In this document: piece by piece, positions 1 to 9,247 of the stretch
Numbering within the stretch: position 1 is the first letter of the stretch
Layout: every line of letters begins with the position of its first letter
Source of the DNA: Armatimonadota bacterium
GTDB lineage: Bacteria; Armatimonadota; UBA5829; DTLH01
Assembly: GCA_038207085.1 (NCBI GenBank)
Contig: JBBRAE010000035.1
Span: forward strand, 1 to 24,790
Direction: 5' to 3'
DNA length: 24,790 nucleotides
Program-made: the position numbers and the translations under genes
The notes under the pieces: generated by a model
What the model was told of the DNA's origin: nothing
The model's input: the letters and a program-made list of their open reading frames with translations, nothing else
Databases searched by the model: none

Positions 1-48
1 GGCGCCTATCACCAGATGATGCACTTCCTCTACACGTTCGGCGCGTGA
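1..48 (+). CDS. 3' end of a CDS running in from outside the window (…GAYHQMMHFLYTFGA*)
   Basis: Frame +1 is open from base 1 to TGA at 46-48 with mostly G/C third positions; converges on the 73..1179 gene. Confidence 0.5.
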   Translation, partial: GAYHQMMHFLYTFGA

Positions 49-72
49 AATCTTTCAGGGCAGGCGCAAGGG

Positions 73-1179
73 CTACTTTGCACCTGCCAGATCAACCTTG
101 GCAAGCAGATTCATATCGACGCCGTCGACGTTGAGAGACACAATCGCGCTGAGTTTTGTATCGGCACCGGCAGTCACTGAGTCAGGAGCAACTAGCGTAA
201 ATGTGGCAGGAATCGCACTTGCGTATTTGCGCATTCGGACGTTCGGAAGAACCGGCTTCATTGTCCACCCAGGAGGCGGGATCAGGCTCACTTTCCCGGT
301 AATCAGGCGGTCTGTCCAGTTGCGAAGTGCTGCTCTTACCACATATCTGCCCGCTGTTGACTTGCTCTTTTCAGCAGTAAGAGACAGGTCTACAGGGGTG
401 AGCGCCAACAGCGTTTCATTGCGGCAGATTGGATCTCCCACCTTCTCAGTCACGTTTCGCCGTAGGGAGTGTAGGTTGTCTGCCAAGTTAGGCGGTGTGC
501 CGATACTTGGGTCCCCAGGAACGACAAATCCACCACCAGCCACAGAGAAGCTCTTCCCCTTGGGAACAAATATGATCCGGGCTGATCGAATTTCACTATC
601 GCCACTATCGAACTCCCTTACCCAATCAGTTGCACCGTTGAGCCCAGCAAAACAGTACTTATCATCCAAAGTCCTCTGGCTCTCGTATTGTCTGGCTGCG
701 GCAGTCGCAGATTTCTGTATACGAGCATAATACGCTCTCTCCACAGGCGACACACTCGTGCCGGGGAGTCCTACGGTAATTCCTGCCTCCAACTCGGCCA
801 TTGTCACGGTGCGCACGAAGTAATCGGCGTAGTTGGGCTCAGGTGGCGGTTGGCCCTCAATCGCAAAGACCGTGCTCTTCTTGCGGGAGCCATCTGGATT
901 GGTGTCAATATACAGGTCATAATCCCCGGCAGCAAGCCCCAAGATTCGAACTGTGATTTCACGCGGAGTGTAGCGCATGTTGGCCAGTTGGAGGCAGGGA
1001 ACATCCGTAGGCGCCCCTGTCTGCGGGCAAAACAATACATCCCTGGCGTTTCCATCGAGCTTGGCTTCGCTCAGCTTGTCGTAGTGGATTATGGCGACTT
1101 CGGCGGGCGCGGGAGTCGTATCGGCGGCAACCGATGTGGCCATCAGGCACGCAAAAGCGGCAAAAAGTGGTCTTATCAC
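73..1179 (-). CDS. Secreted hypothetical protein with C-terminal NEW3/NPCBM-associated Ig-like domain
   Basis: 368-aa ORF; signal-peptide-like N-terminus (MIRPLFAAFACLMATSVAA|D); GGAGG upstream; C-terminal 'LRNWTDRLITGKVSLIPPPGWTMKP…ATFTLVAPDSVTAG' fits the NEW3 pattern. Confidence 0.7.
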   Translation of the reverse strand: MIRPLFAAFACLMATSVAADTTPAPAEVAIIHYDKLSEAKLDGNARDVLFCPQTGAPTDVPCLQLANMRYTPREITVRILGLAAGDYDLYIDTNPDGSRKKSTVFAIEGQPPPEPNYADYFVRTVTMAELEAGITVGLPGTSVSPVERAYYARIQKSATAAARQYESQRTLDDKYCFAGLNGATDWVREFDSGDSEIRSARIIFVPKGKSFSVAGGGFVVPGDPSIGTPPNLADNLHSLRRNVTEKVGDPICRNETLLALTPVDLSLTAEKSKSTAGRYVVRAALRNWTDRLITGKVSLIPPPGWTMKPVLPNVRMRKYASAIPATFTLVAPDSVTAGADTKLSAIVSLNVDGVDMNLLAKVDLAGAK

Positions 1180-1279
1180 TGCAAACCTCCAACATCGCTG
1201 GCGATGCTCTGTCTATACTATTAATTGACTGTTTATAGCGCACGGTATTACCCGTAATTCTACGGGAATTGCACGCGGG

Positions 1280-3226
1280 TCACCTATTTTCTCTATAAGC
1301 CTTGCCTGATCGGTAGAGATTGAGGCGGGCGGAGACTGAACTTGTGAGCTGCGGCAGGTCAAGCGATTTCGACCGAGCCACGGCATTCTCAGCAGTTTCC
1401 ACCGCCAAGTCGAACCTGCCAGCTTCGGCGTAGGCGGCTGCGAGGGTGTCGAGAATAGAAGGATCCTCGTAGTTGCTCGCGCGACTGGCGATGTCGGCAA
1501 GGCGGACTGCCTCTTCGCCGTTTCGATAATGGCCGTCGGGGCAGGTCGCGTAAATCCAGGCGAGAGTGTTGGCGATGATCGGCTCGGTCGGGCTGAGTTC
1601 ACAGGCGCGTGTCAGGCTCTCGACCGCCCCCGGCAGGTCGCCGGTACGTTGCTGGATGAGTCCGAGGCTGAAGTGCGCGCGGACCATCCCCGGGTCCAGC
1701 TCGGTCGCGCGACGGAAGTAGTCGGCGGCTTGGGTCAGCTGACCAGTTTTCTCGAAAAGCATCGCCATATCGGCATGCGCCGCCGCCGAGTTGGGGTCGA
1801 GGCCGAGCGCGGTGGTGAACTGATCCCTCGCACCGGCGGTGTCACCCTTTTCAAGAAGGGCAAGACCGAGGTTGTTGCGGGCGTCGACAAACCGGGGCAT
1901 AATCCGCACAGCCTCGCAGTAGTGGACGATCGCCTCATCGGTCTTGCCCTTGATCGAAAGGGCGACGGCCATATTCATATGCGCGCGGCCGTTGGTGTCC
2001 GGGTCGGTCACGGCGATCGCCCGGGCAAAAAGCGTCTCGGGGGTCTTCCAGTAGCCTACCTGGGCAAAGGTCACAACCGAAAGCGCGACCAGGGACGCAC
2101 CGGCCGGCACGGCAAAGACTGCGGGGCGAACCCGTTTGGCAAGGGCCGCGGGGAGCGTCCATGCTAGGGCGGCGAAGACTCCTATCAATGGGACGTAGGT
2201 GTATCGGTCGGCCATTGCCTGACCACCGACCTGCACAAGCCCTATCACCGGAACCAGCGTGATAACATACCACAGCCAGCCGAAAAGAATCACGGGAAAG
2301 CGCTCGCGGAGCCGCAGAGCACAGACGCTTATGACCACAAGAATGACCGCTGAGCCTGCGACTTGCCAGACAGGTATAGTCGAGCCGGGGTGTGGGTAAT
2401 AGACCGCAAGACCAGCGGGCCAAACCATCTTCACGAGATACCCGACGTAGGACACAAGCGCGTTTTCCAGCCTGACGGGAAGCGGGAAGACGTCAAAAGT
2501 CGCGACCGCACCTCCGCCACGCTGGGCGACGAGCGTCATCGCCGCTGAAGCGATCGCCATCGCAAACAGTGGGAGCTTCTCCCTTAAGAGCCTGCCGAAT
2601 GGAAGATTTCGCTCGAGCGGCCAGTAGTCGAGCAGTATCAGCAATACGGGCAGCGTGACGAGCATCGGTTTGGCGAGGAGACCAAGCGCAAAAAGCAGAG
2701 CGACTGAGGTATAGCGAAGCACTCCCGGGCGCTCGGCGTACCGGACGTAGGCCAGGATCGCAAGCATCATGAAAAACGTCGACAACACGTCTTTTCGCTC
2801 GGCGACCCAAGCGACCGATTCGACATGCAACGGATGAATGGCGAAAATGGCGGCGACGAATGCGCTCTTCCACGGCGAATGGGTGACTCGGTCGAGCAGG
2901 ATAAAAAGCAGCAACGCGCAAAAGATGTGCAAGACCACGCTTACCAGATGATGATAGCCGGGCTTGTTCGCCCCAAAGAACTGCACGTCGGCCATGTGGG
3001 AGATCCATGTGAGCGGATGCCAGTTGGACGCGTACCCTGCGCTTGTGAAGGCCCAACGGACGCTCTCTGCATTCAAGCCCGAGAGCACGTGTGAGTTTTC
3101 GAGCACGTACTGGTCATCGTCAAAGGTATAGGTGAACTCGTGACTGGTCACCTGCCAGTACACACCCAGTGTAACCGCGGCGATTGCGAAACATATTAAG
3201 AGTCTGGTAAGCAAACCTGTTTTCAT
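1280..3226 (-). CDS. TMTC-like GT-C-fold membrane glycosyltransferase with C-terminal TPR repeats (putative protein O-mannosyltransferase)
   Basis: 648 aa; multiple TM segments; motifs FDDDQYV, NWHPLTWISH, HPLHVESVAWVAERKDVL, ADRYTYVP; TPR-like repeats (ARNNLGLALLEKG, AHFSLGLIQQRTG). Confidence 0.85.
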   Translation of the reverse strand: MKTGLLTRLLICFAIAAVTLGVYWQVTSHEFTYTFDDDQYVLENSHVLSGLNAESVRWAFTSAGYASNWHPLTWISHMADVQFFGANKPGYHHLVSVVLHIFCALLLFILLDRVTHSPWKSAFVAAIFAIHPLHVESVAWVAERKDVLSTFFMMLAILAYVRYAERPGVLRYTSVALLFALGLLAKPMLVTLPVLLILLDYWPLERNLPFGRLLREKLPLFAMAIASAAMTLVAQRGGGAVATFDVFPLPVRLENALVSYVGYLVKMVWPAGLAVYYPHPGSTIPVWQVAGSAVILVVISVCALRLRERFPVILFGWLWYVITLVPVIGLVQVGGQAMADRYTYVPLIGVFAALAWTLPAALAKRVRPAVFAVPAGASLVALSVVTFAQVGYWKTPETLFARAIAVTDPDTNGRAHMNMAVALSIKGKTDEAIVHYCEAVRIMPRFVDARNNLGLALLEKGDTAGARDQFTTALGLDPNSAAAHADMAMLFEKTGQLTQAADYFRRATELDPGMVRAHFSLGLIQQRTGDLPGAVESLTRACELSPTEPIIANTLAWIYATCPDGHYRNGEEAVRLADIASRASNYEDPSILDTLAAAYAEAGRFDLAVETAENAVARSKSLDLPQLTSSVSARLNLYRSGKAYRENR

Positions 3227-3251
3227 AATCCGTCGACGCAGAACCTCATCA

Positions 3252-4083
3252 CTATCTACAATACGCGAAGCGCGCCGCTAGTGTTACAGGCACAGCCAAA
3301 GTGAGGGTTCTTTGCGCGAAGGGAAATATCCTGCCTGCTCGCACTGTTTGAGACGCCCCCGTGGTATCAGCCTGTAGGCGAGTGTGCCGTCCGAGCCGAT
3401 TGCGACATAGACCTGTCGATACAGTATTTCGTTGTCGCTGAGTGAGGTCGGCCACTGGCTGGCATTGTAGTTGATCATACAGAAATAGTGGGGCATAAGA
3501 CCGGCATGGTCCATCGGCACGAAGTCGTTTGGCGTCAGTTTGCCACCGGTCAGATGGATATATTCCGCAGTCGGTCGAACTGATCGGGCACCGACCAGAA
3601 GTTGGTCGAAATGCATTTGCCGAACATGCCGACTGGGCTTGAGATATCGTTTCTCAGGCTTTGATCGAGCTTTGCCGAAGTGATCGCGCCGTCGTCGACC
3701 GTAGCGGCGCTTGCCGCACGAAAGGCGAACGGGCCGGAGGCGATCTGCTGGCGGGGGGTCATCTCGGGGTCCGTGCCCATCTTGACTCCAAGCCACCTGT
3801 CCGAGCCGCTCCAGATGTCTGCAGGGAACGGGGTGACGCTCCCAAGCATCACGGAGAAGACTCCTCCAAGAGAAGCGACTGATGGCTGAGTCTCAGACCA
3901 GATCGACGTCCCCCCCTTTGCCGAGTCGTAGATCGAAAAACTGAGCTGGCGTGTCCCATCGGCTACCGGGGTCCCGTTAGGGCCGAGAAGCTTGCCCTGG
4001 TAGTTCACGATCCCAGGAACACCCGAGGCAAGACATAACGAGCAGCAGATTACTATGATAACAGCTGTCAGCAGTAAACGCAT
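3252..4083 (-). pseudogene. Secreted surface/tail-fibre-like protein gene, apparently frameshifted near 3573 (possibly again near 3375)
   Basis: ORF 4083..3550 has a signal peptide and the 'VPGIVNYQGKL…DG…FSIYDSAKGGTSIWSETQ…GVFSVMLGS…WLGVKMGTDPEMTPRQQIASGPFAFRA' module, then stops. Protein-like sequence continues in the -1 frame (PTAEYIHLTGGK…YVAIGSDGTLAY). The 3' end is uncertain (3284 or about 3252). Confidence 0.6.
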
Positions 4084-4182
4084 TGTGACGATACCTTTCC
4101 CCTACAGAAGACATGTGCATACTTAACCTGATTCTTCCGGTGGCGCGTGCAGATGATTCGGTCAATAGTTCATTCCATTTTC

Positions 4183-4211
4183 AGCGTAACATGGTGCGTG
4201 AAGTAAGTCAA
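4183..4211 (-). promoter_or_regulatory. Putative sigma70 promoter for the 4083 gene
   Basis: Minus strand TTGACT-17 bp-TACGCT with an extended -10 TG. Confidence 0.4.
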
Positions 4212-4238
4212 TCCTGAGAACTTTGCCGGTACACGGCA

Positions 4239-4264
4239 CGGGGACGCCGTTTCCGACGCCCCCG
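4239..4264 (-). terminator. GC-rich hairpin downstream of the actP-like gene
   Basis: CGGGGGCGTCG-GAAA-CGGCGTCCCCG on the minus strand; no U-tract on that strand, so termination is uncertain. Confidence 0.4.
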
Positions 4265-4291
4265 GTTTCTATTTCACTTGCAGCGGGGCGG

Positions 4292-6382
4292 TTATGACCG
4301 CGTCGATTCCATCTCGCGCTTGAGAGTGGCGATTTCCTCGCGCAGGTCGAGGACTATACCCACAAGCTCATTTCTCGACAGCTCTTCAAGCTCTGCGACC
4401 ACGTGCTCGGGCAGCAGGCCGTCTTCGAGCATGTGAACCGGCTCGTGGACGATGGGAGCGGCGGACTTGGCAGCAACTCCGCTCTTTTGGGTCAGCAGCG
4501 ACACTACAATGAGCGTCAAAAAGCTTAGCGGCACCGTGAATATCGCCGGATTGTCGATCGGCATCGGCGCAGTCGTCGGGTCGAGGCCGTAGAGCTCCTT
4601 GTACATCTCAGGCGAAAGCAGAATCACCGCAAGGGCCGAGACCATACCGACGATCACCGACGCGGTCACGCCCTTGGCGGTCGTGCGCTTCCAGAACAGA
4701 AGCATAACGATCGCCGGCAGGTTAGCCGACGCAGCGACAGCAAATGCCCAGCCTACAAGGTATGAGACGTTCATCCCCTTGTAGCGGATGCCCAGTATCA
4801 TCGCAATCACACCGACAACTATCGCTGCGAGTTTTCCCGCGCGCACCTTCCACTTGTCTGTCATCTTGATGCCGAAGAAGCGCTCGACGAGGTCGTGGGC
4901 GACTGCGCCGGAGGAGGCGATGATCAGTCCGCTTACCGTGCCAAGCACCGTCGCAAACGCAAGCGCGGAGATGATCGCGAACAGGAAGATTCCGAAAGAC
5001 TTGGCAAGAAGCGGCGCGGACATGTTGTTGTCAGTCAGGTCCATCACGCCGTTTGCCATCGCCCCAAGACCCATAAACAGGGTCAAAACGTAGAAGAAGG
5101 CGATCGCGGCGATCGCTACAATCGTCGACTTGCGCGCGCACGCCGGGCTTGGAACCGTGTAGTAACGAATGAGTATGTGGGGGAGCGCCGCCGTCCCAAG
5201 GAATAGAGCGAGCATCAATGAGATGAAGTTCAGGTTCTCGTTTAGAGTGCCGCCGACCTTGAACTTCAGGCCGGGGCGGAGCAGGTCTTTACCCTTGGTG
5301 AACTTCTGATAGTAGACGGTGACTTTGCTGTCGCCCTCGTCGAGCTTCTCAGAGGGCCAGCGCACGATTGTGCCGTTCTGAATCGCCGACAGGAACTGAG
5401 TGGGGTCAAGCGGCCCCGTCTTGGTGACCGACTTGCCCTTTATCTTGATCTCGCTCATGTGCCCGACGGCATAGAACTTGCCCTCGGCCTTCGGGGCGCC
5501 GTTGTAGAGCTTGGTGCCGTCTTTCAGCGTCTCGACGGTCTGCGCTTCCCTGAGAACACCGGCGTCCTTGTCGAACGACCAGACCGAGGTCTTGCCGTCT
5601 TTGGTGAGCTTCACAAAGCCCTTTTTGCCGTAGGGGGTTTCCTGCCAGCCGTCCAAGACGGTGTAGGACTTGTCCGAAAGCTTAAGCGAGCCCTCCCCGA
5701 TCATTGAGTATGGTATCGTAGTGAACTTGTGATAGGGGACGTTTCCACCCTGATCGGGGTTGGTGCTTAGGCCTCGACTGAGGACAGAAATCACGAGCGT
5801 AGTTGAGAAGACGATCAGAAGGCCGCCTTTCATGAACTGCACGTAGGTGGTCGATGCCATTCCGGCGGTGGCGACGATTATGATGACGATCGTGCCGACC
5901 AAGATGACTCCCCAGACATGCGCAAGCCCGAGCAGCGGAGTAACAAGCACTCCCGCGCCGACCATCTGAGGGATCAGGTAACACATGGAGACCACGAGGG
6001 TGCTTAGCGCTGCGGCAAACTGGATGCCTTTTGAGTTGAACTTGGCGTCGAGCGCGTCGGCGAATGTGTACTTGCCCATCCGCTTCATAGGTTCGGCGAC
6101 CACAAAGAGCGCAACGATCCAGCCAGCGAGGTAACCGATCGAGTATAAGAACCCGTCGTAGCCGTACGCCGCGATCATCCCACAGATTCCCAGGAACGAC
6201 GCGGCGGACAGGTAGTCACCGGCAAAGGCGATTCCGTTTACGGCCCAGTGGACTGTTCCACCGGCTGCGTAGAAGCCTTTTGCGGTCTTGGTCTGGCGTG
6301 CGTAGTAGTAGGCGATCCACAGCACGAACCCGACGAATGCGACAAAGATACTGACCGCCCAGGCGGAGGAATGGTAATTCAT
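4292..6382 (-). CDS. actP: Sodium:solute symporter family, cation/acetate symporter ActP-like
   Basis: Motifs FYAAGG, NGIAFAGDYLSAASFLG, GKYTFADAL, YLIPQMVGAG, LGTAALPHILIRYYTVP, AFATVLGTVSGL, AFAVAASANLP; lies directly downstream of a DUF485 gene, as in yjcH-actP. Confidence 0.88.
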   Translation of the reverse strand: MNYHSSAWAVSIFVAFVGFVLWIAYYYARQTKTAKGFYAAGGTVHWAVNGIAFAGDYLSAASFLGICGMIAAYGYDGFLYSIGYLAGWIVALFVVAEPMKRMGKYTFADALDAKFNSKGIQFAAALSTLVVSMCYLIPQMVGAGVLVTPLLGLAHVWGVILVGTIVIIIVATAGMASTTYVQFMKGGLLIVFSTTLVISVLSRGLSTNPDQGGNVPYHKFTTIPYSMIGEGSLKLSDKSYTVLDGWQETPYGKKGFVKLTKDGKTSVWSFDKDAGVLREAQTVETLKDGTKLYNGAPKAEGKFYAVGHMSEIKIKGKSVTKTGPLDPTQFLSAIQNGTIVRWPSEKLDEGDSKVTVYYQKFTKGKDLLRPGLKFKVGGTLNENLNFISLMLALFLGTAALPHILIRYYTVPSPACARKSTIVAIAAIAFFYVLTLFMGLGAMANGVMDLTDNNMSAPLLAKSFGIFLFAIISALAFATVLGTVSGLIIASSGAVAHDLVERFFGIKMTDKWKVRAGKLAAIVVGVIAMILGIRYKGMNVSYLVGWAFAVAASANLPAIVMLLFWKRTTAKGVTASVIVGMVSALAVILLSPEMYKELYGLDPTTAPMPIDNPAIFTVPLSFLTLIVVSLLTQKSGVAAKSAAPIVHEPVHMLEDGLLPEHVVAELEELSRNELVGIVLDLREEIATLKREMESTRS

Positions 6383-6385
6383 CTG

Positions 6386-6685
6386 TTATTCCTCCTCCTC
6401 TGCGACGTCGAACAACTCGGCCTTGTTGTACATCTCCTCGGCGCGTCCGCACTGGTGGTTGTAGACTACGGCGATTACGAGCGCAAAAAATATCAGCCCA
6501 AACCCATAAGCCACCGCAATGTTGGAGCTTCCGAACGACTTTGCCATGAGACTTGGCCAGAGGCTGTTGATGAGGACGAAACCGGCATAGATGGCGCAGT
6601 AGAGAAAGAACATCCAGATCCCGAGGCGCGTTTTGTAGCCGGTGGACTTGTCTTCGCCCCATTGAGTTGAAGGTCCGTGGTCCAT
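6386..6685 (-). CDS. DUF485 (YjcH-like) two-TM partner of ActP
   Basis: 99 aa, two TM helices, 3 bp upstream of actP; AAGGAG RBS. Confidence 0.85.
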   Translation of the reverse strand: MDHGPSTQWGEDKSTGYKTRLGIWMFFLYCAIYAGFVLINSLWPSLMAKSFGSSNIAVAYGFGLIFFALVIAVVYNHQCGRAEEMYNKAELFDVAEEEE

Positions 6686-6777
6686 GATTGTTGCTCCTTA
6701 AGCAAATATCAGCTTGCCGATAGGACACCCGGACGATTTCTGCGAGGACACCCCTTTCCCCAGCCATTGTCACGTGC

Positions 6778-6824
6778 TTATCTGGCAGCTACTTTGTGAC
6801 GAGTATAACTTGGCTGCCAGGTAA
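6778..6824. promoter_or_regulatory. Inverted-repeat operator candidate overlapping the actP promoter
   Basis: TTATCTGGCAGC (6778-6789) and GCTGCCAGGTAA (6813-6824) match 11/12 as an inverted pair straddling the -10. Confidence 0.55.
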
Positions 6825-6830
6825 TGTCAA
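6802..6830 (-). promoter_or_regulatory. sigma70 promoter for DUF485-actP
   Basis: TTGACA (6830-6825), 17-bp spacer, TATACT (6807-6802). Confidence 0.75.
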
Positions 6831-6935
6831 GAAAACACAAGGTGGATTTAGGATTTGGCCAGATCTGCACGCTTACGGTTATGTTGTCTTAATGATCGGG
6901 CAGGGGAAATTGAGACGTTACGTTCACTTGGGACG

Positions 6936-6974
6936 AAAAAACGGGTGCAACCGAAAAATCAGCCGCACCCGTTT
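6936..6974 (-). terminator. Rho-independent terminator of the E1 gene
   Basis: AAACGGGTGCGGCTGA-TTT-TTCGGTTGCACCCGTTTTTT on the minus strand, about 45 bp after the E1 stop. Confidence 0.8.
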
Positions 6975-7018
6975 CTTATTCCCTATCAGAGCAATTCATT
7001 CATCGCTCATCGCTTTTC

Positions 7019-9247
7019 TTACTTCAGTGTTGCCTTGACCGCGGCGACGATGTCGTCTCTGGTCGGGACGCAGGCGTCCTCGAGCGGCTCGCTCATCGGG
7101 ATCGGGCAGTCCTTGCCCGCGAGCATCATCGGCTTGGCGTCGAGCCAGTCGAAGCCGTTTGAGCCGTCCTCGAAGGTGTAGTCCATATACTGGCGGACTA
7201 TCTCGCTCGCGACGCCGCACTTCGGGAAGCCCTCGGAAACGGTGACCAAGCGGCCCGTTTTTCGGACGGACTTGGCGACCGTGTCAATGTCAAAGGGCAC
7301 GAGGGTCCTTGGGTCGATGACTTCGACTTCGATTCCCTCTTTGGCAAGCTCGAGCGCGGCGTCCATCGCGAAGTGGAGCATCCGGCAGTAAGCGACGATT
7401 GTCGCGTGCTTGCCCTCGCGCTTGATGTCAGCGACGCCGAGCGGGATGGTGTACTCGCCGTCAGGAACCGGGCCCATAACGCCGGAGTAGAGAACCTTGT
7501 GCTCGATGAAGAGCACGGGGTTGTCGTCACGAATGGCGGACTTCAGGAGCCCCTTGGCGTCATACGGGGTCGAAGGCATCACAACATAGAGGCCTGGACA
7601 GTGCATGAACATCGCCTCAAGACTCTCTGAGTGGTGCGCGGCGATGCTTCGGCCGACGCCGCCTTCGGTGCGGACAACGCAGGGGACCTTGGTCTTGCCG
7701 CCGAACATATATCGGTTGTAGCTTGCGTTATGGATAAGCTGGTCGCTTGAGATCGTAAGGAAGTCGATGTACATGATCTCGGCGATCGGGCGAGTGCCTC
7801 GCATCGCAGCGCCAGCGGCGGCTCCGACGATTGCGGCTTCGGAGATCGCGGTGTCGATCACGCGCTTGGGCCCGAACTCGTCGTAAAGCCCCTTGGTCGC
7901 AGCATACGCGCCGCCGTAGAGGCCTACGTCCTCACCCATGATGAAGACCGTCTCGTCGCGGACCATCTCTTCTCGCTGGGCCTCAAGCACTGCCTGGCCG
8001 TAGGAGATCAGTCGCATGCCGTGCTTCTCTTCCATCGGCTTGATTTCGCTTATCTTGAGCTTGGGAAGAACACCCTTGGGGGAATCATTCGAAGCTTTGC
8101 GGACGGCGGCCCGGATGTCGTCTTCCGCAGTGTGAATGGCCGCAAGGATCGGCTTCTCGGCCTCAGCTGCGGCTGCGACTTCGGCTGCGTCTACGGGGAC
8201 GAACACGTCGTCCATAAGCTCAGAGACGTCAGGGAACGGGCTCTCGATTGAGAACTTGGTCGCCTCTTCGATGCTCGCCTCTGCCCGAGCCATCACGGCG
8301 TCAAGCTCAGTTTCGGTCGCAAGGCCCGACTCAGTGAGCATTTTGCGGGTAACGGTGAGCGGATCGCGCGCTTTCCATTCCGCCTCTTCCTCACGGGTTC
8401 GATAAACCCTCTGGTCGCTTGAGGAGTGACCGTACCAGCGGTAGGTCTTCGCTTCGATCAGCATCGGGCCGTTGCCGCTTCGCGCGTGCTCGACGGCTTT
8501 CTCGACGGCATCTTTTACGGCCAAAACGTCCATGCCGTCGACAATCATGCTCGGCATGCCGTAGGCCGCGGCTCGCTCGGAGATGTTGACGATCTTGCTC
8601 GCCTGCCCCGCGCAGTCCACCGACTTCTCGCAGAACGGAACGCTCATCCCGTAGAGGTTGTTCTCACAAATATATACGACAGGGAGACCGCAGAGCAGCG
8701 CGCTTCCCATGTTGAGCGCCTCATGGAATGACCCAGTGTTGGTCGAGCCGTCACCGAAGAAGCAGAGGACGACCGAACCGGAGCCCTTCAGGGTCTCAGC
8801 AAGCGCAGCGCCGGTCGCAACTGGGATGTTTCCGCCGACGATTCCCGTGGAGCCGAGGTTCCCCTTCTCGACATCGGCGATGTGCATGGAGCCTCCTCGG
8901 CCCTTGCAGTACCCGGTAGCCTTGCCCATAAGCTCGGCCATCATCTTGTTCCAGTGCTCCTGGCGGGCGGGTTCGCCGTTGGCGTGCTTGTTGCCGATGG
9001 CTCCGCAGTGCGCGTGGCCCCTGTGGGTGCTCGCGATGATGTCTTTCAATTCTATAGCGGCGGCGGCGCCAACCGCGACGGCTTCCTGACCGGCGGAGAG
9101 GTGGGACGCGCCCTTGATGGTCCCGTCCCGGAGCAAGGAGTATACCTTGTCCTCGAAGAACCGGATCTCATACATTGACCGAAGATAATCCAGCAACTCC
9201 TCCTTGCTCTGGCCAGGCTTTGCGGATGGGCGTTCTTTGGTTTTCAT
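7019..9247 (-). CDS. Fused E1 alpha/beta subunit of a ThDP-dependent 2-oxoacid/acetoin dehydrogenase complex
   Basis: Alpha half: HLSAGQEA, STHRGH, GRGGSMH, ThDP motif GDGSTN…ENN, TYRWYGHSSSD. Beta half: MGEDVG…GG, DTAISEAAIVG, RPIAEIMY.DF, DDNPVLFIEHK, EVIDPRTLVPFD. AAGGAG lies 7 nt before ATG 9247 (alternative TTG 9250). Confidence 0.92.
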   Translation of the reverse strand: MKTKERPSAKPGQSKEELLDYLRSMYEIRFFEDKVYSLLRDGTIKGASHLSAGQEAVAVGAAAAIELKDIIASTHRGHAHCGAIGNKHANGEPARQEHWNKMMAELMGKATGYCKGRGGSMHIADVEKGNLGSTGIVGGNIPVATGAALAETLKGSGSVVLCFFGDGSTNTGSFHEALNMGSALLCGLPVVYICENNLYGMSVPFCEKSVDCAGQASKIVNISERAAAYGMPSMIVDGMDVLAVKDAVEKAVEHARSGNGPMLIEAKTYRWYGHSSSDQRVYRTREEEAEWKARDPLTVTRKMLTESGLATETELDAVMARAEASIEEATKFSIESPFPDVSELMDDVFVPVDAAEVAAAAEAEKPILAAIHTAEDDIRAAVRKASNDSPKGVLPKLKISEIKPMEEKHGMRLISYGQAVLEAQREEMVRDETVFIMGEDVGLYGGAYAATKGLYDEFGPKRVIDTAISEAAIVGAAAGAAMRGTRPIAEIMYIDFLTISSDQLIHNASYNRYMFGGKTKVPCVVRTEGGVGRSIAAHHSESLEAMFMHCPGLYVVMPSTPYDAKGLLKSAIRDDNPVLFIEHKVLYSGVMGPVPDGEYTIPLGVADIKREGKHATIVAYCRMLHFAMDAALELAKEGIEVEVIDPRTLVPFDIDTVAKSVRKTGRLVTVSEGFPKCGVASEIVRQYMDYTFEDGSNGFDWLDAKPMMLAGKDCPIPMSEPLEDACVPTRDDIVAAVKATLK

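Noticed and set aside
3550..3552. Selenocysteine or read-through at the TGA of the 177-aa ORF
   Set aside because: Another in-frame TGA follows five codons later; a -1 frameshift explains the sequence better.
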